A DNA stretch of 63,983 bases from Eledone cirrhosa. Taxonomy: Eukaryota. The notes beneath the pieces were generated by a model that saw only the letters and a program-made list of their open reading frames with translations, did no database searches and was not told the origin of the DNA. Each line of letters begins with the position of its first letter. Position 1 is the first letter of the stretch. Position numbers and translations under genes: made by a program. Location: NCBI GenBank assembly GCA_964016885.1, contig OZ024740.1, positions 61,566,018-61,630,000 of the forward strand, read 5' to 3'. Shown in pieces: positions 23,162 through 35,008 of the stretch.

Positions 23162-23985
23162 GAAAAAGTTTGTCCTTCATCAGTGATCTTCCAACCATCA
23201 TAGGCATTTCATCGCTTTAAAGACCATATACCTCCGGTTGGTGCGAGCAACGGCTAAAAAAAGTCGTTGGGACACATAAATAAAGGGGACGCGAGGGTAA
23301 ACAAACAAAATGGTTTAAGCAACAGAAAGTCCCAGATTTCTAGGAATTTAAATTCGGTGAAATCGTGAACGAGAGAATAAAGACCATCAAACCTGGTTGA
23401 AATGTGAGCAAGGAAGGAATTTCGCACAGGTCTAACGGGGGGAAGAAGGGGTCTGGTCTGCGAATTCGGTAAACATAAGTTCTGTGAAATCGTAGACGAG
23501 AGAGAGAAAAAAAATTCATACCAGCTTGGCTCCCGTTTGACCTGTGTGTGATTCTTTTCTCTCGCACGCTGGCCAAGCTGGTATGAATTTTTATTTTCTC
23601 TCTCTCTTCTACGATTTCACAGAACTTATGTTTACCGAATTCGCAGACCAGACCCCTTCTTCCCCCCGTTAGACCTGTGCGAAATTCCTAACCTTGCTCA
23701 CATTTCAACCAGGTTTGATGGTCTTTATTCTCTCGTTCACGATTTCACCGAATTTAAATTCATAAAAATCTGGGACTTTCTGTTGCTTAAACCATTTTGT
23801 TTGTTTACCCTCGCGTCTCCTTTATTTACGTGTCCCAACGACTTTTTTTAGCCGTTGCTCGCACCAACCGGAGGTATATGGTCTTTAAAGCGATGAAATG
23901 CCTATGATGGTTGGAAGATCACTGATGAAGGACAAACTTTTTCATATGTAACCCATTTGCAATGCCGCAGCTCCATTATTATCAA
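23158..23985. mobile_element. Long foldback element with ~373-bp near-perfect inverted arms
   Basis: Arms 23158-23530 and 23572-23947, 41-nt loop, ~38-nt one-sided extension; flanked by (TA)n. Confidence 0.85.
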
Positions 23986-25685
23986 ATATATATATATATA
24001 TATATAAATAATCGTTTTTTTATGATCAAAGAATAATTGTTCCACATCACAGTACACAGATTGATAATGTGAAACTCTTTATCCCCACTCCCTCTCCTCT
24101 CTACTATCACACTAACTGACTGTATTTCATTCTATTTTTATTGTCATTTTAACGTATTTACATTTTCTTAAATGAAAATCCCATTGCTGAATTCTACTGC
24201 GTAGTGAATAATCACTTCCACTATTATAGGCTTTCTCATGAAGTGTGATAAATAATTAAGTATTGCATATGATCGAACAATATATATTGTAGTCAGTATA
24301 TGTAGACAATTATAATAGACACAGAAACATGTGTTAAAGCAAATCAATTCCTAATCTCCTTCACAATTTATATATTTCTTGGCGCAATACTTGCTTATAT
24401 ATGTATATATTTATATATGTGTGTGTGTGTATATATATATATACACACACACACACATCATCATCATCATCATTGTTTAATGTCTATTTTTCTATGCTTG
24501 CATGGGTTAGACAGACTGTCACCTTATGAGATAAAGTTAGATCAGGTGAACATGTCTTGCATGTCATCCACATGACTGTCTTACAGAGTGGACTGGGTTC
24601 TTTTATTCTCATGTCACCAACACAACCACCTTGCAGGATGGATTGGGTATATATATGTCTAAATGTAGGGTCCTGTAACTCCTGATAGAGTCGTAGGGGG
24701 CGTCATATTGACATACAGCGTTTCTTGGGCATTTTAAGCCTGGAGGAACCCATTCCTCTCCAGGCCTGAGTAAAGCAGATTTCTTCCAGAGAGATAGAAA
24801 GAGAGAGAGAGAGGAAATGAGTAAGAGATATAGAGGAAGAATCCACCCATTATTAGACTGGTACTTTTTCCATCGACCTCGAAAGGATGAAAAGCAAAGT
24901 TGACCTCAGCGGGATTTCCACTGTTTTACTCTATATAATTTGATAGCTAAATTAATGTTAGTTTTTTAATGCATCCCGCATTAACCCTTCTGTTACCACA
25001 TTTCTAATGAAATATTATATTAGATATTTTCAAATAATTTTGAAAATAATTAAGAATTTGGAGGGATTTAGTAATGTAAATAACTTCCTCATTATTAATC
25101 TTGTAAATATGTTAACTAGTCTGCATTTCATTCTCATTTTATAGGTTTATATGTTTTTTTTGTCTATATTGAGTTGGACTGTATGAAAACAAATTTATGA
25201 AGTCACAGAGTTTCTAATTGGATTTTTATTGGTTCGTTTTGCTTAATTTTTCTTTTCCTGTCCTAGTTTTATGAACTAGCTTTAGTATTATTTTTACAAT
25301 TATTTATATTTTCATTTTTGCAAAGATTGTTTTAATTGACTTTTTTTTTTTCATTTTTCTTTGAATGTCTCCTTCACCCCCCCCCCTATCTCTCAGGTTA
25401 CAAACTTAAGTGTTAACTCCATAAACAGCAGCAAAAATTTCTTAATACCAGTACATCACCACTCCTTGCTCCTAGCATCTTATCAGTATGCCATCAGTTG
25501 ATATATATATACACACACACACACATGTGTGGCTGACTGAATACACACATGCTTTTTCTCAAAAATCTTTTTTTTCTCTAACTCTTTTTATTCTCTATCT
25601 TTCTATTTCATCTTTTATTTCTCATTCATCGATGATGGACTAGTGCCCGAGATGAAAAGACTCTTTTTTTTACTATATCAAACAT

Positions 25686-28600
25686 TCATCATCATCATCA
25701 ACATCACCGTTTTACGTCCATTCTTCCATGCTAGCATGGGTTAGATGGGTTGTCCTGTTGTGGGCAGTGTCTGGTCGGCTGACCATGCCTTGCTCATACA
25801 GGAACTGATTTTGGCTTGATTTCTACAGCTTGATGCCCTTCCTAACACCAACCTCATTTACAGTGAGTGCTGGGTGCTTTTTCGTGGCGCCTACACGTCC
25901 ACTTTACAGTGTGGGCTGGGTGCTTTTTTGCTGTGGCACCTCCACGACCACTTTGCAGTGGGTGGGTGTGGGGGCATATTGTCTATATGCTTCAGCTTGT
26001 ACCCATGGGAGGTCGGGTACTCTGTATTACTGCGTGACGCCAGAGGTCACGGTCGTGTGTCATCACATTTGAGAGGTGTAATTGGGTAAGGTCGGCTTTT
26101 ATCACCTCATCCCAGGTCTTCTTGGGTCTCCCTACTCCGCGGTTTCCATTGACTTCTAGTGCTCTGCACCTTTTTATGCAGCTGTCATCCTTCATATGCA
26201 TCATACCAACGCAACCGCCTCTCCTGCACACAGCATTTGATTCCTCTTATGCTCAGTCTCTCTCTCAATTCATTTATGCTTTGCCGTTCGCGTATATTAC
26301 TATTACACATCCATCGGAGCATGCAGGCTTTGTTTCTTTCTAATCTACGTAAGTCTTCCACCTCCGGTGCCCAGGTCACACTACCATGTAACATTGCTGT
26401 TCGGATACATGCATCATACAGTCTGCCTTTCATTTTGAGGGAGAAGCCTTTTGCAGCTAGCAGTGGCAGTAGTTCCCTGAACTTCTTCCATCCCTTTCTT
26501 ACCCTAGTTATTGTACTTTCTGAACACCCACCTCCGCTGCTAATTCGGTCAACTAGGTAGCAGAAGCTGTCTACTGTTTCTACAGAGCCCTCCCAGAGAT
26601 TGGTGGTACTTGTTTCCTGTGGCTGTTTGCTGCTTGCTGTCACAGCACAGCTGCTACCTGTGAAGCCTACATTCTTAATTAAGCTTCCTAAGATCCCGCT
26701 ACATCTCTTGTGTACCCATTGTTTGCATTTGGGGCAGAGGATGGAGTTCCTACCTACACCTTTATTACATACTGAGCAAGGCCATTTCCCTGAGGGGATC
26801 TGAGTTCTGTTTTCTCGTCTACTTACAAGGACCTTAGTCTTTGTCATGTTGACTTTGAGACCCGTTCTTTCTAGTCCCTGCTCCCAAGTTTGGAATTTCT
26901 TCTCTAGTTCTACCATAGATTCAGCTATAAGTGTGAGGTCATCTGCATACAGGAGTTCCCATGGGCATCCCGTCTTAAACTCCTCCGTTATTGCCTGCAG
27001 GACTATGATGAACAGGAGAGGGCTAAGAACAGAGCCCTGGTGGACACCAACCTGTACGCTAAATTCCTCGCTATACTCATTGCTAATCCTAACTTTGCTG
27101 ACTGCTCCCCTATACATGGCTTGTACAGCTTTCACAAGCCATTCATCTACTCCTAGTTTTCTAAGAGCCCACCAGATTATAGCACGTAGAACTCTGTCAA
27201 AGGCTTTCTCGAGATCGATGAATGCCAGGTAGAGTGGCTTACTATTAGCGAGGTACTTTTCCTGTAACTGCCTCACAAGGAAGAGGGCATCAGTGGTGCC
27301 TCTTCCTGGTACAAACCCAAATTGCATCTCATCTAGTTTCACCGGTCCCTAATCAACTGTGCTATAACTCTTTCTGTTACTTTCATGACCTGGTCCATCA
27401 GCTTTAAACCTCTATAGTTTCCTCTGTCTAGTGCATCACCTTTACCTTTGTAGCAGTTGACAATGATGCTACTGCACCAATCTTTTGGTATGACACCTTC
27501 TAGTATTACCTGGTTAACAATACGTGTGGTTATAGTGTGACGTACAGACCCAGATGCCTTCAGCATCTCAGCAGCTATACCCGATGGACCGGTTGCCTTC
27601 CACATCTTCATATCTTTGATTGCCTTACTTACTACGCTGCTGCTGACTTGTACTGCTGGCCCCTCTATAGGGTCTACTTGGGGTAGGGTCTCTTCTTCCC
27701 ATGCATTCTCCTCATTTAGTAATCTATCATAATGGCTCTTCCATGTATCTTTCTTCTCAGCACTTGTGAGGGCAAGCTCACCTTTATCATTCCGGATGCA
27801 CTTCTCTCCAATGACATCACAATTCTCTCTTACACACTGCCGCGCAATCTTGAACACCTCCTGTTTCTGGTCCTCGTGTTGCAAAAACATGCTTGAATTT
27901 TCTATCCTCTGCTTCCCTCCTAGCTAAGTATACTTGATGCATAGCTTCCCTCTTGGTCTCTATGTAATGTACCCTGCTTCCCCGTTCTTCCATTCATTCC
28001 ATGCCTGTCTCTTGGCCTTAACTGCCTCATCTACCTTATTGTTCCACCACCAAATCACTCTCCTCCTGCTTGTGGTCTTACTCCAGCCACAGATCTCATC
28101 CGTTGCCTCTAGTAAGTTATTTTTTTAGGAACTCCCAGTGCTCGTCTACATTGAATGTCTCTATCTGTTCTTCTTTACTGTCGTAGGCGTTGAGTAAAAT
28201 ATCTTTAAATCTGTTACTGGCTGAGGGGTCTTTCATCTTCCAGATCTTTCTTCTCCAGGTTGGCCTCTGTTTCCAGGTTTGTCTAGTTCTGACCGTGAGG
28301 TCGCTGACAACTAAGCTATGTTGGGAGGTACATTCCTCACTAGGGAAGCCTTTTGTGTTTACGACCATCCATCTGTCACGTCCTCTGATGAGGATAAAAT
28401 CTATCTGACTAGAATGCTCCCCTGATCTATAGGTGATCAGGTGGTTGTCGGGTTTTTTGAAGTTTGTGTTATATATCGACATGTCATTGGCATCGCAGAA
28501 TTCTAGAAGTCTGAATCCTTCTTCATTTCTTGTGCCAACCCCATGGCCTCCATGGACTCTATTGAAGCCGTCACAGTGTTTACCTACGTGTCCGTTAAAA

Positions 28601-29130
28601 TCTCCTGCGATGATTAGGAAGTCATTGTCGTTTATTAGAGCAGTAGTGTGCATTAGGGACTTGTAAAACCTATCCTTAAGTTCGTCTGGCAACCCCGATT
28701 GGGGTGCGTAAGCTGATATTATTGTGGTAATTGTTTTATTCAGGACTAGTCTGAGTTTAATGATTCTTGCATTTACCCTGTACACTGAGATTACTTTATC
28801 TACCCACTTGTCAGCTAGTAGTATACCTACACCACCCATCCCATCGTCATTTCCCACCCAGAAAAATTTGTAGCACTGACTTTTTCCTACAAGGACTCAA
28901 GCAGACTTTCCTCTCCATCTAGTCTCTTTCACACAGCATACATCAATTTCCTTTCGCTCTAGTATCTCTACGATTTCTCCTGCTCTTCCTTTCATTGTGC
29001 TTACATTGATGGTACCAACTCGGAGTTTTGGGCATTTGTCGACATTCGTAGGGAAGGGTTGATTTTTGCAGGGGTATGTGTGTGCTTCCTGTCTCTGAAT
29101 TGGAGCTTCACATGGGTGCTTGTTAGCTCG
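25686..29130 (-). mobile_element. Near full-length RTE-clade LINE (APE + RT + PHD finger), disrupted
   Basis: APE motifs SAYAPQ, AGDFNGH, QIDFIL (28117-28857); RT QFGFVPGRGTTDA, DLEKAFD, GVHQGSVLSP, LLYADD (26185-27342); RGVGRPKKTW C-terminus; (GAT)n tail; stops and frameshifts present. Confidence 0.93.
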
Positions 29131-29399
29131 TGGTGTTTAATAAATAATGAGAAAATTCAGGAGAGGTATTAAATATCAATTAGAATGCTACCTCATGGGG
29201 AAACTATTCAAAGATCTTAAGTTCCATACAGTTTGTCAGGTTTGTTTCAAAGATCCTCCCTGACAACCAGAGGCAGTTTTGTGTGGAATATTGCACTGGC
29301 ATTCTCAATATGGTAGGGGCTGAACCTGGTTTCCTGAAAAAAGTAGTGACTTGCAACAAGAGATGGGTATTCACCTATGATGTTGAAAGCAAACATCAG

Positions 29400-30920
29400 C
29401 ATGCTCAGTGGGAGCACGTGTCCTCCCCTAAAGTAGCGGCTCCACCTACAGTGACTCTCTGATCTCCGAGCTATGCATTTTATCATCTAATGTTATTTCA
29501 AAGACCCTTCACAGGAGCCCCATTATGGCTGCTTGTATTCTTTTAGTCATTACCCAAGATTCATGACCATAGGTAAGGGTTGGTACATATATCAAATTGA
29601 AGATAATGATTTTGGCTCTTTCACCTTCCTCCTTTCTTCTGATGACTGAATGCTAATGCTGGTGCATTACTGCACCAGCTCCTGCAATTCAGCCTTGGAG
29701 ATCACCTTTTGACGAGTAAAGTAATTGTTTCTACTTTTGGCACAAGGCCAGCAAATACCCAGTACATTACTGGTACTTTATTTTATCGACCCCGTAAGGA
29801 TGAAAGGCAAAGTTGACCTCGGTGGGATTTGAACCCAGATCGTAAAAGGACGTAACCCTCAGCTGTAAAGCATAGCGAGCGACCCTCTACCGATACTGCC
29901 AATTCAAAGTAATACCATGTCATCTGCAAATTCCAGCTGACCTATTCTGCACCTGGCAGTTATGATACCACATACAACCCTGCTCTGCATGTCAATACTA
30001 TTCATGAAGATTATGAATAGGAGATGTGTGATGTGTTCGTAAGGGTTTCAATTTAGCACCATTTATCGAAACACAAATACTAGGCCATTTGTATAGAGAC
30101 ATCAGGGCAACAAGGAGCTGTCCATAGATCCCATACTCCTGCAGAACTTTCCACAGCAGGTCTCGTGGAGCGCAGTTGTATGCATTTTCAAGGTGTAAGC
30201 AGAAAGCATACATTTCTTGCCACATTGAGCTCTTTAATTGCTCTTGTGACCTTGCTCACAGATGCACCTCGTATATATCAGAAAATGCTGTTTTAACCAG
30301 GTTTAGAAGATCAGCAAAGTATTCTTTCCACTTTGCAACTTGTGAGGATTCATCTCTCTTCAAAGAGAAGCAGGCAGGGAGGAGGACTTCTTATGAAGTT
30401 GGCAGATCTGCCAGAACATTTTATTTGTTGATTTGAAGTCAGATTCCTCCAATATCTTAACTTTGGCTGAGTTTACTGTCTCTGCTTCAACTTTTCATGC
30501 CAGCTTGTATCACAAGTGCAAGAAGGACTTATCTCCAAGCCAAGCTTTGTATGCCTCCTTCTTTGCTTGCATGCCATCTTTGACCACTTAATTGAACCAT
30601 GGGGTCCTCCTACCACATTGTGTCACACAAGCTGCTTTCACTCACAGCATTTAACAGCTGAAGCAGAAACTGTCGAGCTGAACAATCTCCACTTTGCTTC
30701 AACATCATCAGTTTGCTCAGGGAATTCTTTGAATTCTGATGCAATAGTATCCACAAACCCGTTATGACTTCCTTATCCACTAACGCTTCCAGCTATATCC
30801 TATATCCTGTAGGTTGAGCTGGACCTGCAAGTTTTGTGGGCTCTCTTGGCTTTAGGTAGTCTTAAGCTGCAGATAACTAGATGGTGATAAGTTGACAGCT
30901 CAGCCCCTCTTGTTGTATCT
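29400..30920 (-). pseudogene. Highly decayed Expander/Rex3-like RTE LINE
   Basis: LENAYNCAPRDLLWKVLQEYGIYGQLL RT motif (29998-30225) and a PTLTYGHESW-like segment near 29560-29590. Confidence 0.7.
29723..29905 (-). mobile_element. tRNA-derived SINE (family B) inserted in the old RTE
   Basis: Body CTTTGCCTTTCATCCTTACGGGGTCGATAAAATAAAGTACC; TSD AAAGTAAT at 29718-29725 and 29906-29913. Confidence 0.85.
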
Positions 30921-31287
30921 AGCCATATTGCAGTGTTTGGTAGTTTTATTCACACTATTCACTAATTTGGTACTTCTGTCAGACCTGTGAAAAAAAAAAG
31001 AAATTAATGAGTACTGAAAACATTATTTTTCTCTGTTAACATGTCAGAGTTGTCAGTATGATCAAGAATAAGAGACTGCACTGTATGCAAATGAGCCTTT
31101 CCAGCCGATGTTTTTATTTGCTATATGCAAGTGAGGATTGCCAGCAAATGTTTAAGACTAGTCTATTTCCATGTCAGTATTGGCTGAGTGAGTGTCACTG
31201 ATGAAAGATTAATAAATATGTTTATTGCATATAAACATATAGTATATGTTTTCATATTCACCTCTATTTATACATATATATATACAT

Positions 31288-31628
31288 ACACTCGGGTCCC
31301 AAATTATAGGGGGTTGGACATTTACTTAAATTCTTATAAGCATGGGGGGTTGGAATAAACGGTGACGTGTGGAAATTAGTAATTGTATAGTATATATATG
31401 TTCATAAATATGGGATTTCTTGTATTGTTATTGTTTTGTTATATATAATGTTTTTTAAATGTAAAATAAAATTATTATGAGATTCTCCAGCTGCTGTATC
31501 GATATGAATTACAATAAAATTTTGGCGGAGATAGATTAGCAAAATTTACTATGCGGGTTTGGCTGGAAAAAATCTGAAAAATTGATAAGCAGGGAGTGGG
31601 GAGGGGGATTATTCAAGACCTGAGAATA
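31288..31628. mobile_element. Old Tc1/mariner-type MITE
   Basis: Degenerate TIRs TACACTCGGGTCCCAAATTAT / ATTATTCAAGACCTGAGAATA, beginning and ending at TA. Confidence 0.5.
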
Positions 31629-31927
31629 TGTTCATACATGCATGTTTGTATGTGCCTATATATAGTTAAATAGTTTGAAAATCTATATCTCATTGACATG
31701 AGGTCAATAACAGAAAATAGACTTAGCAAATAAGTTTGATGTCAGAGGATGACCTTTTAAGTTCTGCATGTTTTTTTCCCTTTAATTGATTGATTAACCC
31801 CTGTTGTAATAGTAATACAGCATTTGAGGCCTTTGCTTCTTTTTAGATTAATTTCATATATTTAAATGCGAGATTTCAGTATCTTATTTCACCTTTCATT
31901 AAATTACTATTTCCTATGTTAAGTTGA

Positions 31928-32125
31928 CAAGACCAGCAATTTGAAGGCGAGGGGAAAATTGATCAAATCGACCCCAGTGCATTACTGGTGCTTTATTTTA
32001 TCGACCCCATAAGGATGAAAGGAAAAGCTAACCTCAGTGGGATTTGAACTCAGAAGGGAAAGGGTCATAACTCTATGCTGCAAAGCATGGTGTCTGACAC
32101 TACTGATATTGCCAATCCACTGCCC
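31928..32125 (-). mobile_element. tRNA-derived SINE (family B)
   Basis: Same body and head as 60960-61180. Confidence 0.8.
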
Positions 32126-32919
32126 TTATAATAATAATAATAATTATTATTATTATCATCATCATCATTATTGATATTATACTTTGTCAAAAGCAGTATA
32201 AATATTGTGCTTTGTCAAAGGCAGTATAAATATTGTGCTTATTTCATCCCTCAAAGATTTTTGTAATTATAACATATCTTTACAAATTTCAATTTGCTTT
32301 CTTAAGAATTTTCCAGGTTATTTTCTTACCAATAGCCACAAAAGCTTAAGTTTTGTTTGTAAGAACTAAATTTATATATTTGCATGCATTCATACGTGTT
32401 GAACCTCTGTCCGTTGCAACAATAACTGCCTATGAAATTAGTATGTAAATGGCTGAGCATTTCAAAAACACGTACTCCATTAGCACAATTCTCAGGGAGA
32501 TTCAGTGTGTGACAAGGCTGATTCTTTAAATTACAAGTACAATTCATTTTTACCAGCTAAGGGAATTGGAACAACATAAAATAAAATGTCTTGCTGAAAG
32601 ACAATGTTTATTCTCCGGGAATCAAACTCTTGACTTTACAATCATGAGCCGAATGCCCTGACTACTATAATCATTAATCTTTGAATGAATCATATTAGTT
32701 TTACGAGACACAGCATAACAGCATTGTTTCAAGACAAACACACTTTTACACTTGTTATATTGATTGTATCTGTCACCTACCAACATTGACCTTGCATCTA
32801 ATCAAAAGTAACTGGTTTTATGTTATTTGTCTTAAATAGTATATACATATGTGGACACAGCATTGTTGAATAGTTAAGAAGTTTGCTAACACTTCCATTA
32901 CTGTATTTCTAATAAAAGT

Positions 32920-34085
32920 CCACTGTAAAGTGATCATGTTGGTGATAAGACAAAAAGTGCCCAGCCCACATTGTAAAGTGGTCGTGTTGGAGTCACGATA
33001 AAATGCACCCAGTCCACACTGTTGAGTGGTCGTGTAGGTGATACAACAAAAAGTTCCCAGCCTACACTGTAATGTGGTCGTGTATGTGACAAAGAGCACT
33101 CAGTACATACTGTAAATGTGATAGTGTTAGGAAGGGCATTCAGCCGTAGACCCCAAGCCAAAATCAGTTCGGTGTGAGCAAAACAGTCCTTTGACTTGGC
33201 TGTCTCACAACAGGACAACTTCTCTAATCCATGCTAGCGTAGAAAATGGACATTAAACGATGATGCTGATATATATACATACATACCAATAAACATACAT
33301 TATATATGAACATACCTAAAAATTATATATATATATACATATCTACATCAATTAACGTCTATCTTCCACGCTAGCATGGGTTAGATGGGTTTGTCCCATT
33401 TAGAGGCAAGTTGGGTCGGGTGACCATATCTCGCTCATATAGGAGAGTTTATGGCTGGTTTTCTATGGTTGGATGCCCTTCCTAATGCCAACCACATTGA
33501 TAGTGTGTGCTAGGTGTTTTGGGGCTGGTTTTCTATGTCTAGGTGTCCTTCCTAATGCCAACCAGATTTACAGAGTGTGCTGGGTACTTTTGTCGTGACA
33601 TCTACACGATCACTTTACAGTGTGGGCTGGATGTTCTTTACAGTGTGGACTGGGCACCTTTGTTGTGTCACCAACACAACACAGTGGGGACTGTGGAGGG
33701 GCTTGGGGGAAAAAGATGTGGACAGGATTGTAGGGGAGGTATGGTTACTGCTAAGGGAGGTGGATGAGAGGGGATAGCAGGTTGAGGAAGGTGTTGATAA
33801 GCCTCATCTCGAGAACAATAGAGGGCGAGGCTTCCGTAAAACTGCATAGCGCCAGAGGTCGCAGTCCTGAGTCATTGCCTTTGAGAGGTGTAATTGTGCA
33901 AGGTCAGCTTTTATTACCTCATCCCAAGTCTTCCTAGGCCTGCCCACACCACGGCTACCATGGACTTTGAGCGCTCTGCACCTTATTATACAGTTGTAAT
34001 CCTTCATACGCATCACATGTCCATACCAACACAATCTCCTCTCCTGCATACAACAACTGACCTCTCTTAAGCCTAGCATATCTAT
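32920..34085. mobile_element. Two tail-to-tail RTE 3' fragments (32920-33270 plus strand, 33350-34085 minus strand)
   Basis: ~40-bp CACTGTAAAGTGGTCGTG repeats and GAAGGGCATCCAGC motif; ERRLCWYGHVMRM...GRPRKTW in ORF 33804-34091. Confidence 0.75.
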
Positions 34086-34808
34086 AAACATACATTATAT
34101 ATATAGATATATTATTAATAAAAGATCGGAGGCCATATTCAGTTGATTTAGGTTTATTTAAAACTCTGTTATACATATTTCACTGACGACTATCAATTAT
34201 GATAGCCTGAGCTCTTCAGACGGCAAAACCTAAAGTAAACATAGAAAGTTCCTAAGAAACCTTTAAATTTGGAAAAATCTAATAATTTCCCTGAAAAAAG
34301 ATTTTCCTTTCATGAAACAGGGGGCTGGTCAAACGTAGGGTGTTGTTTCTTTGACGGCTGACCCCTGTATGACCCCAAGAGTTTTGGAGGAAGTGCTGGT
34401 CAGTTTAGGAAGTAACGAAAATGGTTGATAGCCCTTCTCCCCCCTCTCTATCATTATCTGTTGTAGTAGTAGTCTCAGTGGCTGCTATAATAGTAGTGAC
34501 AACCAACCCCTCCCACCTCCATATTCTCCACAGGTCTGCAACAACTGAATATTTTAACTAAAATTAACTATATAAGAAATAGATTAAAATACACTAAATA
34601 AACTAATTAATTAAGAACAAGAGGAAAGGTTATATTAAATGGGATATATATGTGGGAAAGAGATGATTATAATTATAATGTAAAAAAATTTTATAGTGAA
34701 GAGAATTAAAAGGTAAGGAATAGCTGCCTGTATGCCTAAGCCGCAGACCAGAGTGTAGTGTAGATGTATAATTAGTTGAACTGGTTCTAAATTGTTGGAA
34801 GCATGATA

Positions 34809-34990
34809 GGGTGGCAGATTGGCAGTATTGGTAGAGCGTCAGGCACCATGCTTTGTAGCATAGAGTTATGGCCCTTTACGTTCTGAGTTCAAATCCCGCC
34901 AAGGTTAACTTTGCCCTTCATCCTTACGGGGTCGATAACATAATGCACTGGGATAGTTGCTGACCTTGTGCCAAAAGTAAAGACAATTAT
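34809..34990 (+). mobile_element. tRNA-derived SINE (family B)
   Basis: GGATTGGCAGTATCGG-like head, GAGTTCAAATC B box, family body and AATTAT tail. Confidence 0.85.
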
Positions 34991-35008
34991 ATATATGTGT
35001 GTATATAT

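Noticed and set aside
23890-23935. GAAA...TGAT/ATCA-CTGATGA hammerhead-like arrangement in the foldback arms
   Set aside because: Stem I is plausible, but stems II and III cannot be formed convincingly.
34190-34225. CTGACGA-CTATC-loop-GATAG half hammerhead
   Set aside because: No GAAA or stem III follows; too incomplete to call.
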